Assembly (NCBI GenBank): GCA_951406725.2
Contig: OX597821.1
Span: 7,626,001 to 7,690,000 of the forward strand
Length of the DNA: 64,000 nt
Direction: 5' to 3'
Origin: Octopus vulgaris
Lineage: Eukaryota
Part shown: positions 24,101 to 38,175 of the stretch, piece by piece
Numbering within the stretch: the stretch's first letter is position 1
How the letters are laid out: each line of letters starts with the position of its first letter
Made by a program: the position numbers and the translations under genes
The notes under the pieces: generated by a model
Databases searched by the model: none
The model's input: the letters and a program-made list of their open reading frames with translations, nothing else
What the model was told of the DNA's origin: nothing

Positions 24101-26277
24101 CCGTCTGTGTATAAAATGTTTTAGATAATAGGTTTGAAGTGGGTGCTGCAGCTTGACCGTAACCAATGATGGTTAAAATAAACTAAAGAAACTAATTAAA
24201 ACAAAAAGAAAAAGTTCTGTGTTCAATCAAGACTGACATAGCATCAATTGACAGTAACAACCTGATAAAGGTTTGGCAAGGAATTGGCTTGAAAACCTGT
24301 CTTTGGTGGGGCTGTTTATATTCCAACTTCATCATCATCATCGTTCTAACGTCCGCTTTTCCATGCTTGCATGGGATGGACAGAAATTTTTTAGGCAGAT
24401 TTTCTATAACTGTATGCAACTTCCTGTTGCTAATCTTCACCTGTTTCCAAGTAAAGTAACATTTCTCCAAGACTAGACAATTTGTTTCCTTTTTTTTTTT
24501 TTTGCTAAGATTGGAAACAAAGGACAAGATTCCAACTCAAACACAAACAGTTGCATACATACACACGTACTTACATGCTGGTGATGATGACAACCAAGGA
24601 AGACCATTGCTGACATTCAGGAACATTGTGCACTCTAGAATATAGGGGGGAAAAAAAGCAGCCCATATCAAGCAGAGGTCAGCAACGCTTGTCCAATAAG
24701 GCTTGCATGACACCTCATAGACCCTCTCTACTCTAATGACATTATCCAAGAACAAGCCAGAGGAACATGTCTGGAACCAATATGAGTTGCAGGCTCAGGG
24801 ATGTGGGAACGCCATGTTCTCTAGCACAAACCAAAGATCCCCATGGTTGGGTTGTCGGTGACTAAACTGGCAGCCCCACCAGGCTACTCTGGTGAGGAGG
24901 GTTGCTAGAAACCCAGCAGGATTAAAAACACAACCTGTTGAAAGGTCAGATGAGCCTAGTGCAGGCTCAACAGCTATCTAGGAATAGCATGGGTATGCAG
25001 AAATTCCAGGATGTTGTCCGGTGTGCTGGAAGACCACTGGGAGGGAGGCACCTCTCAGCTTCTGTTGAAGCTTGTCTCTAAGAGAAGGTCACTCTGATAT
25101 AAAACCAGATATACAGGGAATGGCATTGGACATACATGCATACATAGTACAGGTGGGTAAGCTAAGAAATAGGGCTAACTCAAACTGTTTTAATTAATAA
25201 TATCATCATCATTATTATTTGATATCCATTTTCCATGCTGGCATGGGTTGGATGGTTCAACAGTAGTTGGCAAGCCAAAGAGCTACACCAGGCTCCATGT
25301 CTGTTTTGACATAGTTTCGACAGCTGAATGCCCATCTAATGTCAACCACTTCACAGTGTGTAATGGGTGTTTTGCATGATACCAGTACCAGCATAATAAA
25401 CACACTGGGCTTCTTTCAGCTTCCATCTCCCAAATCTACTTGCATCAAGGAGGTAAGTCCTTCTGTAGTATAAAACATTTGTTCAATGTTCCATGCAGTG
25501 AGATTGAACCTGAGACCAAGTGGTTGGGAAGCAAGCTTCTTAACCACACATCCACAATAGCACCTATCAATGACAAAAAAAAAAAAATTTTTTTATAATT
25601 AAAAGCAACAATCAATATATCAGCTCACAGTTCTCTCCAGTTACAGCTGAAGTGACATTCCAACAATCAATTCTAATCTAGGACATAGTCTATTCACTGA
25701 TTCAGTCATTCTGAACAAACTTGGCTGTCATGGAAATTTAAGATAACATTATGAACTTAAACAAAGGATGCTTCTTTTCTCTCCTTTTCTGATGTTCTTG
25801 TTGATTAGCACCAGGTTAGACCTTGTCAGGCAGAACTATGATCGAAGGCATTCCAAGCATGACCATTCTGTCTTAAATATTTACAACTAATTATCTAATT
25901 TCTTCTTCCATTTTTTCATGTTTTTAAATAGTAGGACATGCTTTGTGGGTGCTATTTTTAGCATGTTGAATGACCATATAAAGCTTTCTCCTTAGGCTCA
26001 TTTGTTCGTTAGTATATGTCAGTATTGAAACCATTTCTAAATGGATTGAAATTTTGTTTGTTTTAGGACAGTGGTTCTAAACTGGGGTCCATATGGCTCT
26101 TGGAGGTCCACAGGAAGATTTTGTTAAAATTTATGTGAAATGAATTGGTTATACTTTTACTATACACAAAATATTTACCACACAGCTACACCTGTACCTA
26201 TATAACCACACCTGTAAAAATTCTGGTTAAGGGAAGATTAGTCTAATTTATGTAAATGAAACAACCATTGTAACTGT

Positions 26278-26512
26278 AAGGTGACAAACTGGCAGAAACG
26301 TTAGCATGCCGGGCGAAATGCTTAGCAGGATTTCATCTGCCGCTACATTCTGAGTTCAAATTCCGCTGAGGTCAACTTTGTCTTTCATCCTTTCCGAGTC
26401 GATTAAATAAGTACCAGTTATGCACTGGGGTCGATATAATCGACTTAATCTGTTTCTCTGTCCTTGTTTGTCCCCTCTGTGTGTAGCCCCTTGTGGGCAG
26501 TAAAGAAATAAG
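26278..26512 (+). mobile_element. Nin-domain SINE (family B)
   Basis: Matches 423-655. Confidence 0.85.
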
Positions 26513-26987
26513 AATATCCAACTGCTATCAGCAGACCCTCAAAGTTGATCTTGGCTTACTGGGTTTTAATGGGCTCAAGCAAATGAGCAAAAGCACCACT
26601 GAGATGGTAGAGGTATTTGTGGAATAGGGGAAGGGGATATCACATGAATGAGTTTTTAATCGGGTCCAAAACTAGGTGATAAAGTTTATCAAAATCTACC
26701 AAAAAATGCCAAGAATTTATAACTAGCATTCTGAGAGAAAAGAGTTAACATTTGATACAGGCAAGATTTACTCGTTATTATTCTTTCTGTGAATATTGAA
26801 GTCATCATTCTGATTAACATTGAGGCACCCTTGTCCTAAAAGCATTGCTGGTAATCTCTCAGAGTGTGGGGTTACTAGCTCAACATGTAATGGTGCCAAA
26901 TGCAAAATGGTCAGGTACTGTGCATTTGCAGAAGATTGAAGTGTATGACATCAAGTCTGTCTTTCAACTGATGTTTCTGTCAGCTCG

Positions 26988-27173
26988 TAAGGCAGCGAGC
27001 TGGCAGAAACATTAGCATGCCAGACGAAATGCTTAGCGGTATTTCGTCTGCTGCTACGTTCTGAGTTCAAATTCCGCTGAGGTTGACTTTCCTTTTCATC
27101 CTTTCGGGGTCGATTATATAAGTACCAGTTATGCACTGGGTTGATTAATCCCTTGTGGGCAGTAAAGAAATAA
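26988..27173 (+). mobile_element. Nin-domain SINE (family B), internally deleted
   Basis: Matches family B; flanked by the direct repeat aagtctgtctttcaactgatg at 26953 and 27172. Confidence 0.85.
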
Positions 27174-27683
27174 GTCTGTCTTTCAACTGATGCTAACATC
27201 CTTTTAGGGTTCGTGTCCCTGTTGCATACAAAGGTGTACAGAGAGGAAATTGGTTTCATTTATATCTGATGAATGTTGCTTTGCTTGTGGCCAATTTCTC
27301 TGTAGGCACCAGCATAAAACTGTTACAGTTCCAGGTCTATGTAATTCCAAACTTTGGTTTCTGTGATAGCCAGCTGTGACCTACCTGACTTACGGCACAA
27401 AACATCCTGCATGAAACCATTCCAGTTTTCTGTTTTCTTTTTTTTTTACCTTTTTCTGCAGCTACTATGCACTGTGTCCATTCTTTGTTTAAGATTTAAG
27501 ATGTAATTTGTAGGAAATTTACTTGATGCTTCTAGCAGATCAAGAGACCATACAGGGGCTTCTTTGTTCCTTAGTTGGTTCCACTTTGTCTCATTCATTG
27601 GAAAGAAATATTTTTTTTTTTTTGTGATTCTTCAAGAGAGATTTAACAACTGGTTGTCAAGCAATGATGGTAAATGCATGTGT

Positions 27684-27717
<34 letters not shown>

Positions 27718-28174
27718 CAGGCTTTCACAAAGTTTTTGTCTACCAAATTCACTGACAAGGCATTGGTCGGCCCAGAGCTTCTTAGCCACACAGCATGCCA
27801 TGTCTTTTTTATTTTTTCCATTCATTGTTTGTAGTAATTACATATCTCAAGTTAATTACACTGGTTTATTAATTCATTTGTTAAGAATTGTTCCCCTAGA
27901 TATGATTTTTATTTTAAGCCTCTTTATAATCAGTCTTTGAAAATAAAATTATATATATATATATATGAAATGTCATCAACCACAATGGTCTTAGCAATGA
28001 ATAGAAAATAAGCATTGATGAATATATCATAGATACATAGAACAGTATTGACTTTGTCTGTGTGTCCTGCATGTCTCTCTGTGTGTTGTAAGCTGATGAT
28101 CTTTTGAAATAAGTCTGCCATATCTCCATAGCAGAAAGTAACTTTTTATTTTATTTTCATTCTACTTTCATCTT

Positions 28175-28224
<50 letters not shown>

Positions 28225-30412
28225 AGTATTTTTACCATCTACCTATTGTGTGCGCTGCTGGAGTGTATACTGTGTGTAGCACAAGAGAAGTGAGATTTCG
28301 CAGCATCCATTGGTCCTGTTGCCTGAAGCTGAAAAGGCTAAAGAAAGACTGGTGGATCATCTATCATTAATGATATTTGTCACAAAATCACAAAACCCCA
28401 CCAAAAAGACACAGTACTGACTAACTTAGACCTAGGAAGAAACTACAGCAGCAAGCATATTCTCTATAGCATGACGTTCTCTCACACACTCAATAAAATC
28501 TCAAAGAGAATTCTACATCGCAAAACAACTGCCTTCACATCATCTTGGTTGGTGATGGTTCTAACATTGTTTGCATTATAGTAAACTAAAGATTTATATC
28601 TTTACTACTGCTGTGTATTTTCTTTTAATTACATACATGTATACACACACACACACACACACATGCAATCACATCCACATGATGGGCTTCTTTCACTTTC
28701 TGTCTACCAAATCTACTTACAAAGGCTTTGGTCAGCCCAGGGCTCTTTGTAGTAGACATTTGCCCAAGGTGCTTCAGTGTGGGACTGAACCTGATGCCAC
28801 GTGGTTGGGAAACAAGCTTCTTAACTACAGTAATGCCTGCACCTCTATTGTATCTATTTATGCAGACACTGTGTATCTAGGATTACATTGTCTCCTATGT
28901 GTTTTCTTACCTATTTTTAAGTGGCAAGTGGTAATCCGAGAGGGATTTGGCTACTATTTCTTGAAGAGAAATCCACCTCACCTCACCCCACCTCACTTCA
29001 CCCTCACTCCTTTGTTGGCTTGTTGCTTTATAAGGTGAGTTTCATTGAGATGGGTCTGGCAACTCCTCACAGTTCTTGTTTATAGCTATTTCGCTTCTCT
29101 ATATTGTTAAAGCTCCTGGAAAGGGAATATGAAAGTCGCACTACCTTCAGCCCTTTCCATTCTGCTCCTCACCAATCCTTCTTTAATGCTTAAGGATTTC
29201 TGCCACAAATCCACTTTGTTAATACATGGTCACTTGACCCACTAGAAATAACTGCTAAATTTGTCTCAAACTATATCTTGCCTCCTTCAAAGAGAGCACA
29301 TTGGATAATATAGTCTTAGGTTCATATAGCTTGAGAGAAAGACAGGATCGTCATAAATGGAATGCCTTTGATCATAGGTCTGCTAGATAAGAGTTGGCCA
29401 AGGGTTAAACAACAATGACACCAATGCCACAGCTACAGAGTTAGATTAATGGGAGATTATCCGAAGTAAGGATAATCTCACATTAATCTAAAACCTTGGC
29501 TGTCATCACCTACACTCTCCTAATGCTTTTGAGAACAGCATGGACATCACTGCAACTTCTTTGGTCTTCACCTGATGTCATCTATATGACCCCTACCCAC
29601 CCCACCTCTTTTGAGGAATATGGATGGTCACAAGTTGTCAAGCAGAAAATAAACAGTTTTAATGTGTGAATCTTATATTTATAAAGACACAGGCATGGCT
29701 GTGTGGTTAAGAAGCTCACTTTGCTATCATATGGTTTTGGGTTCAGTCCCACTATGCAGCTCCTTGGGCAACGTGTCTTCTTCTATATCCCTGGGCTGAC
29801 CAATGCCTTGTGAGTAAATTTGGTAGAGACAAACTGTGTGGAAGCCCATATTTGTGTATGTGTGTCTCCATCACCACTTCACAACCAGTGTTGGTTTGTT
29901 TACATCCCTGTAGGTTAGGAGTTCAACAAAAGGGATGGTAGAATAAGTACCAAAGTTTTAAAAAAAAAAAGCATTGGGATCAATTTATTTGACTAAAACT
30001 CTTTATGGCTGCAATCCAGTGAGTGAAGCAGTTAAAAGATAAGAAAGTAAATTGTTCATTTTCCATACGTGAGTGTTTTCATGTGTACCAACATTATCAT
30101 CATCATCATCATTATTATCATGTGCATTAATAAGGGCAATGACAGAAAGAGAACCATGGAAAGAGAGAATATTAGTATAATGGAGAAAGAGATAATGTGA
30201 CAGTAAGACATGGATAGGCAGCTACATGAAGGTAATTGGTAAGGAGGTTGACTAGTAAAACAACATTTACAGCAAGATTGTAGGAGGGGTGAAGAAAAAG
30301 GGTTGTTTTGTTTTGAGGAAACATTAAGGCATGAAAATTATCGGGTATTTTTAGCAAATTTAAATAATCATTTGGTTGTAGACAGCAATCTGTTTTAAAA
30401 CTGTCCATCACT

Positions 30413-30770
30413 CATAATAATAATAATAATAATTGTGTACAGTGCTCAGGTGCACTACAACTCATCTAAAGTGTATATATAATCAGGTGTAGTTTCGACG
30501 GATTTCGGGAAGCATGAGGGCCTTAAAGGATGCAGTGTCATGGCAGTCAACAACTGATGCAGGCAGTTTATTCCACGCTTCAGCAACCCTGAGCGTGAAA
30601 AAATGTTTCCGAAAGTCATGGGAGCTGTGCTGTTTTCTGACTTTGTAGGCATGTCCACGTGTGTTAGACAAAAGGAGATCATGTGAATGTCTGTGAGATA
30701 GTGAAGAGTTTCGCTTATAATATATGATACACACTCTTTTATCAGCTTCATATGTGTTTACATACACCAG
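30413..30770 (-). mobile_element. CR1-group LINE 3' end
   Basis: NTRGHAYKVRKQHSSHDFRKHFFTLRVAEAWNKLPASVV..FK is the typical TRGH..FF..RV...WN.LP C-terminus of CR1 ORF2; (tta)n tail. Confidence 0.88.
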
Positions 30771-31033
30771 TTGTATTAACTTTAGGGAGTGACATCTCCA
30801 TAACAGCGGCATTCCTGATGGCTTCTTTGTACAGTGGAATATTATGTTGACAGTACACTCCCTCGTGTTCGCTTTAACAGCACTCACAGCAATAACATGC
30901 TGTATGCTTGTGTGTGTTTGTGTGCATGTGTGGTTGAGAAGCTTGCCTTTTAACCATGTGATCTTTGGTTCAGCCCCTTTGTACAGCTCCTTGAGCAGGT
31001 GTCTTCCACTAAATCTCTGGGACAGACAAAGCC

Positions 31034-31067
<34 letters not shown>

Positions 31068-31205
31068 CTCCCTCACCATCACTTGACAATCAGTATTGTT
31101 TTGTTTTTTTTTTTGCATCTGCCTAACTCAGCAGTTCAGCAAAAGAAACTAATAGAACAATTGCCAGGTTTAAGAAAATAAGTCCTGAAATGGAAGAGAT
31201 TCACT

Positions 31206-31626
31206 AGGCGCAGGAAGGGCTGTGTGGAAAGTAGCTTGCTTACCAACCACATGGTTCCAGGTTCAGTCCCACTGCGTGGCACCTTGGGCAAGTGTCTTCT
31301 GCTATAGCTCCGGGCCAACCAATGCCTTGTGAGTGGATTTGGTAGACGGAAACTGAAAGAAGCCTGTCGTATATATGTATATATATATATAAGTGTGTGT
31401 GTATATGTGTTTGTGTGTCTGTGTTTGTCCCCCTAGTATTGCTTGACAACTGATGCTGGTGTGTTTACATCCCCGTCACTTAGCGGTTCGGCAAAAGAGA
31501 CCGATAGAATAAGTACTGGGCTTACAAAGAATAAGTCCCGGGGTCATTTTGCTCGACTAAAGGCGGTGCTCCAGCATGGCCGCAGTCAAATGACTGAAAC
31601 AAGTAAAAGAGTAAAAAAGAGTAAAG
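31206..31626 (+). mobile_element. SINE family A
   Basis: Full-length match to the consensus. Confidence 0.9.
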
Positions 31627-32161
31627 AGAGAAAGCTGGAATTACAGAATCAGTAGAACATGAACTGGAAAAAAATCCCATTGTATGTTCAACTCCTACCA
31701 TATTCAACGTTTCTGTTTATTGTTCCAGGGTCAGTTAAATACAATACCAGTTTGCTACTGGGGTCAGTCTGTAAGTAAACAAGTATATATTTAATGAGAA
31801 CCTGACATATTTGACATGTCCTTGGATGTTAATTGCCAAGCTTTGCAAAAAGAAAAAATTGGAATTTACCGTCTGTTGTGTAATAACCTGCTCCTCGTCT
31901 CCTCCATTAATTCTAATTTTCAGCAAATGATCCACATCACCCACTCATAAGTTTAATGGCAATCAGTGTGAAATTTAGGTCTAATTTGTTAGTTTATTGG
32001 CATGTTTAAGAGAAGCTCGTTAGAGGTAAATCTGGTTGAAAACATCTCTTGGCTCAAAACAAGAGTGGGACATATTTATACTTTGTGATAAAAGTTTGTT
32101 CCAACAAGTTTGTTTCAGAAGAAATGTAGTATGGGGAATATATGGCAGAAGAATCACCAGC

Positions 32162-32200
<39 letters not shown>

Positions 32201-32533
32201 TGTGTGTGCGTGTAAGAGAGAGAGAGTTTTAAAAAGTAGGTTTTTGTTTGTTTGTTTTCATCAAGTTCTTGTCCAAATTGATTGCAAAACATATATCATT
32301 AGCTAACTTCAACCAGATGCTTAGAAGGTATTTCCTAATTCTTCAAACTTTGTTTGAAAAGAAACATTATGCAATTAATTTAAGGGTAGTAACTAGTTTT
32401 GGTGCGGTTAACCAATGCTTGCGGCTGAAATTGAGAGAGAAAAACCTATGGGTACCAATCTTATTCATGTGTGTGGATGTGTGTATCTGTGCCTTCACCT
32501 GAAAATGTTGGGCCCCAAAATATTGATAATTGT

Positions 32534-32694
32534 TAGGAGTGGCTGTGTGGTAAGTAGCTTGCTAACCAACCACATGGTTCCGGGTTCAATCCTACTGTGT
32601 GGCATCTTGGGCAAGTGTCTTCTACTATAGCTTCAGACTGACCAAAGCCTTGTGAGTGGATTTGGTAGACGGAAACTGAAAGAAGCCTGTCGTA

Positions 32695-32743
<49 letters not shown>

Positions 32744-32945
32744 TTGTGTGTCTGTGTTTGTCCCCCTAGCATTGCTCGACAACCGATGCTGGTGTGTTTA
32801 TGTTCCCGTTACGTAGCGGTTCAGCAAAAGGGACCGATAGAATAAGTACTGGGCTTACAAAAGAATAAGTCCCGGGGTCGAGTTGCTCGATTAAAGGCGG
32901 TGCTCCAGCATGGCCACAGTCAAATGACTGAAACAAGTAAAAAAA
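32534..32945 (+). mobile_element. SINE family A
   Basis: Full-length match to the consensus. Confidence 0.9.
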
Positions 32946-33832
32946 TTTTTTTTAAATTAAAAAATACCCTGTTGAGGGTTAGTGACAGGAAGAGCATCCA
33001 GTTGTAAAACACTTCTATGGTTATATGTATTCATCAAACCCATGCAGGTATAGTAAATCAGATGGAAATGAAGGAATGAACATATATCTTTGATACATTT
33101 ACCATTATTTCTCTCTCTCTCAGAACCATCTATCTTCAACTTTAAAACCAGCCAAATCTGGTCCAAATATTCTACCAGTTTTTATGGTCAAACTGGTCAG
33201 ATCCAGCCCCTCCCTCTCTCTCACCAACCTACCCTACAATGTCATTCTAGAGATAAACAATCACATCATTGAAACCATGAAGTTTCATGGTAATCATCAT
33301 CATTTAGCATCCGCTTTCCATGCTAGCATGGGTTGGACGGTTCAACTGGGGTCTGTGAAGCCAGAAGGCTGCATCAGGCCCAATCTGATCTGGCAGTGTT
33401 TCTACAGCTGGATGCCCTTCCTAACGCCAACCACTCCATGAGTGTGGTGGGTGCTTTTTATGTGCCACTCGCACAGGTGCCAGACGGAGCTGGCAAATGG
33501 CCACGGACCGATGGTGCTTTTTACATGGCTGTTATTTCTAACAGGTCAAATGAACACTTAGAAACCTTTCCTTCTTTAACATGTATTTTTTCTTTTTGTA
33601 TGCAGACAGTTAAGGAAGGAATTTTAAGATTCCTCCTCGTTATATAACTAACTTGTAATCATTATAATTAACATTTTCATAATTTTACATTTCAAATTCA
33701 TTATACTGTTATAATTATTGTAATTGCCATCAGCTCATTATATAACCAGTAATCATAATTATTATTGTTATAATTACACCATCATCATCATACAAATAAA
33801 TAACATTAATTGACAGGTGTTTCCTAAAACTG

Positions 33833-34036
33833 TTACTCTTTTACTTGTTTCAGTCATTTGACTACGGCCATGCTGGAGCACCGCCTTTAATCGAGCAACT
33901 CGACCCTGGCACTTATTCTTTGTAAGGCCAGTACTTATTCTATCGGTCTGTTTTGCCGAACCGCTAAGTGACGGGGACATAAACACACCAGCATCAGTTG
34001 TCAACCAATGCTAGGGGAACAAACACAGACACACAA

Positions 34037-34069
<33 letters not shown>

Positions 34070-34236
34070 CATATATACGACAGGCTTCTTTCAGTTTCCG
34101 TCTACCAAATCCACTCACAAGGCTTTGGTCAGTCTGAAGCTATAGTAGAAGACACTTGCCCAAGGTGCCACGCAGTGGGACTGAACCCGGAACCATGTGG
34201 TTGGTAAACAAGCTACTTACCACACAGCCACTCCTG
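33833..34236 (-). mobile_element. SINE family A
   Basis: Reverse-complement match. Confidence 0.9.
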
Positions 34237-34628
34237 TGACTATTCATTGGTTTCTAGGAAGGAAGTTTATGGTATAAAAAGAATTCTTTTGAAACCAAGA
34301 AATTTTGTTATTTCCATTATAGTTACATCAGGAAGTGTATTTATATAGAGGACAAACAGTTATACAGTGACATGTCCCAAAGCCAAGCTGCCACATAAAA
34401 GGCATGGTTATGGGTGTTGGTGTCAAGCAAAAGCACTGTTGTTGGTGCCACATAAAAAGTACTGTTTATGGTTCCACTTAAAACGCACCCAGTACACTCT
34501 GTAAAGTGGTTGGCATTAAGAAGAGCATCCAGTTGTAGAAACCAGGCCAAAACAGACTATGAAACCTGATGTGGCCCCTGACCTTGCCAGTTCCTGTCAA
34601 GTAATCCAACCCATGCCACAATGGAAAA

Positions 34629-35026
34629 TCTTTATATATAAAAGAGAGGTTGTGTGCTGTCTGTCTCCTACGATTTAGATTCCTAACTACTCCCACATTT
34701 TGCAGTGCAGTGTAACCAAAACCGGGCATCTTATAGTCGTGATTCATATCAAGCCCTTCTGGGTATTAGCACGCGTCTACGATGAGTCTACGATTTAAAA
34801 AAAAATTTACCATCAATTTTTCCCATTTTTTAATGCATTTTTGGCATATATAAGGGAAGTAACTCTCTAAAAATGTATTAGATCTCAGAACGTAAAAAGC
34901 TACAGTAACACCCCCCCCCCCCTTGTGGTTAGCCATATTGAGATGGCTATTATACTTTACATCTCTAAAAATGCTTATATAGTTATTTCCCTTACAAACC
35001 CGAGCAACGCCAGGTAATACTGCTAG
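34629..35026 (+). mobile_element. Non-autonomous Helitron
   Basis: Starts TC, ends CTAG, sits between A and T with no TSD, and has a subterminal hairpin (cccgagcaacgccagg). A second copy lies at 56769-57167. Confidence 0.85.
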
Positions 35027-35624
35027 TAGATGATAAATGTTGATGATGATGATATATATATATTTAGAGGTGGCTGTATGCTAACAAGCTTAATTTCCAA
35101 CCACATGGTTCCAGGTTCAGTCTCACTGTGTGGCACCTTGGGCAAGTGTCTTCAACAATAGACTCAGGCCAACCAAAGCCTTGTGAGTGAATTTGGTAGA
35201 TGGAAACTGAAAGAAGCCTGTCATGTTTATATGTATGTGTATGTGTGTGTGTTTACAACCCTGTAACTTAGCGGTTCAGCAAAAGAGACTGATAGAATAA
35301 GTACTAAGCTTAAGAAATAAGTCCGGGGGTCAATTTGTTCGACTTGAACCCCTCAGGGTGGTGCTCCAGCATGGCCGCAGTCAAATGACTGAAACAAGTA
35401 AAGGAATATATATATATTCTTTTATTCATTTATTTGTTTCAGTCATTTGACTGCGGCCATGCTGGAGCACCACCTTTAGTCAAGCAAATCGACCCCAGGA
35501 CTTATTCTTTGTAATCCTAGTACTTATTCTATCCGTGTCTTTTGCTGAACTGCTAAGTTACAGGGATGTAAACACACCACCATCAGTTGTGAAGTGATGT
35601 TGGGGGGACAAACACAGGCACAAA

Positions 35625-35638
35625 TGTATGTGTATGTA

Positions 35639-35675
<37 letters not shown>

Positions 35676-36362
35676 GTGTGTATGTATGTATGTATGTATA
35701 TATGTATGTGTATATGTATGTGTGTATGTATGTGTATATATATGTATATATGTATGTATGTGTATATATATGTATATATATATGTATGTATGTGTATATA
35801 TATGTATACATATACATGTATGTGTATATATATGTATATATATATGTATGTATGTGTATATATATGTATATATATATGTATGTATGTGTATATATATATG
35901 TATGTATGTGTATATATATGTATATATATATGTATGTATGTGTATATATATATGTATATATGTGTATATATATGTATATATATATATATGTATGTATGTG
36001 TATATATACGTATACATATATATGTATATATATGTGTATATATATGTATATATATATGTATGTATGTGTATGTATGTATATGTGCATATATATGTATACA
36101 TATATATGTATGTATGTATGTATGTATGTGTATATATATGTATATATATATATATGTATGTATGTGTATATATATATGTATATATATATATGTATGTATG
36201 TGTATATATATGTATGTATGTATGTGTATATATATGTATATATATATGTATGTGTATGTATGTATATGTGCATATATATGTGTGTATGTATATATATAAA
36301 TGTATATAAATATATATATATGTATGTATATATTTGTATGTTTATGTATGTATGTTTGTATA
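35625..36362. repeat. ~740-bp compound TA/TG/TATG microsatellite
   Basis: Direct reading. Confidence 0.95.
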
Positions 36363-36934
36363 TCACTTGACAACTGATGTTGGTGTGTTTACTACCCCGT
36401 AACTTAGCGATTTGGCAAAAGAAACCAATAGAATAAGTACCAGGCCTACAAAGTATAAGTCCAAGGGTCAGTTTCTTTGACTAAAAGGCAATGCTCCAAC
36501 ATAGCCACAGTCAAAATGACTGAAACAAATAAAAGAATATAAAGTATATATATTATTCTGCTCCAGATGCATAAATTATGGTTAAAGACGACAAAGATTT
36601 TGATTTTTCTTTTTAAACTTTTCTTTTCTTCTTTCGCATTTCAGTTTTTACATCAACCTTCTTCACATGTTTTTCCTTTCATTTTTTTTCCACATAGTTT
36701 TTAAATACATCTAAATACATCTGGTTTTTAAATACATCTAATGCTGTGGATTGAGCCGGAGTGATTGCTCGGAGATACAGAGCATGTTGTAGGAGCCTAT
36801 CAATTTAATGTATCCTAAAGTATGAAATTATTAGTGGCTCTTTTGTAATTGCATATATTAAATGGTATTTATGTCTCACTGGATGGAGTACTTTCTTTGT
36901 TGATCTTACCTATAGTGGAACTGTAAACTATATC

Positions 36935-37220
36935 GTCATGTGACCGACCAGGCTATCAGATGTTGCTATACGTCGCTGGTCACAATGCGCTTCGCATTGT
37001 TTTTTAGCCTTCAAATGATGCCACCCTGCTGGCTAAGCGAGCAGGCCAACAGAAGAAAGAGTGAGAGAAAGTTGCGGCGAAAGAGTACAGCAGGGATCGC
37101 CCCCACCCACTGCCAGAGTCTCGTGGGGCTTTAGATGATTTTGCTCATTAAACACTCACAACGCCCGGTCTGGGAATCGAAACCGCGATCCTACAATCGC
37201 GAGTCCACTGCCCTAACTAC
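36935..37220 (-). mobile_element. tRNA-derived SINE, further family (relatives at ~52410-52680 and ~61895-62165)
   Basis: Minus-strand head gaaggtgcaatggcccagtagttagg..ggtttcgattcccagaccgg; shared tail catcgctggtcacaat. Confidence 0.78.
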
Positions 37221-37261
37221 TGGGCCATTGCACCTTCACATAAACTATATATGTATGTGCA

Positions 37262-37311
<50 letters not shown>

Positions 37312-37599
37312 GTTGGCATTGACCAGCTGGCTTATATGCTATGTTAGTTTTGAACTCCTAAAATGCCATGCTATTATTAGTATAATATGGAGATTCTTGG
37401 GTGTTTCAAATGAATTATGAATACTTTGGTACAGGGGGGTCTTCATCATGTTGTACGAAAGGAGTTAATCGCTCTTCAATCCCGTTTTAATTGACTCTTT
37501 GACACTTTACAATTCACAGATTGTTCTACCTACTGCAGCTTTATAGCAGTCATGTGATTCGTTAATCAATAAACCATATTTTGAAACACGCTTTTATAG

Positions 37600-37651
<52 letters not shown>

Positions 37652-38175
37652 ACCAGCTCATGAAAGAAATCCATTGTTTGGCACTTATTCAACTCAGTAC
37701 TGTGTTGACATTGATAAGACTGGCTCTGTGTGTTTGTGGGTGTAAGTGGGTGGGTGAGAGAGAGAGAGAGTGATGATGATGATGATGTTTAGTGACATGG
37801 TACATATTTGGTAGAGAATCAGAAACAGGTAATACGGCAATCTTCCGGATAGTAAATGCTTCTATATCTTGTAGAAGCAAGTAATTCTCTTTCATAGTAC
37901 CAATATTTAACTCGATGCCTTACTTTTTTCTGCAACCTAAGGAGCCTCCATAACTTATGGAATCATGCAATGTGGTCCAGTTTTGCATTATTTTGAACCT
38001 CGTAAATTTTGAGTTTCGTAAAGCTGACATAGTCTATATACAGAGTATAGTGGGTGCTTTTAACGTGGAACCAGCACTGTCCTGGAACAGTATACTTACT
38101 CTATGCAAATACAAATAAATATATATATACAACTCTATGCATAAAGTTGTATATATATATATATACATATATATA

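Noticed and set aside
28093-28120. CTGATGA..GAAA..GTC match (similar match at 39284)
   Set aside because: Stems I, II and III cannot be formed; chance core match.
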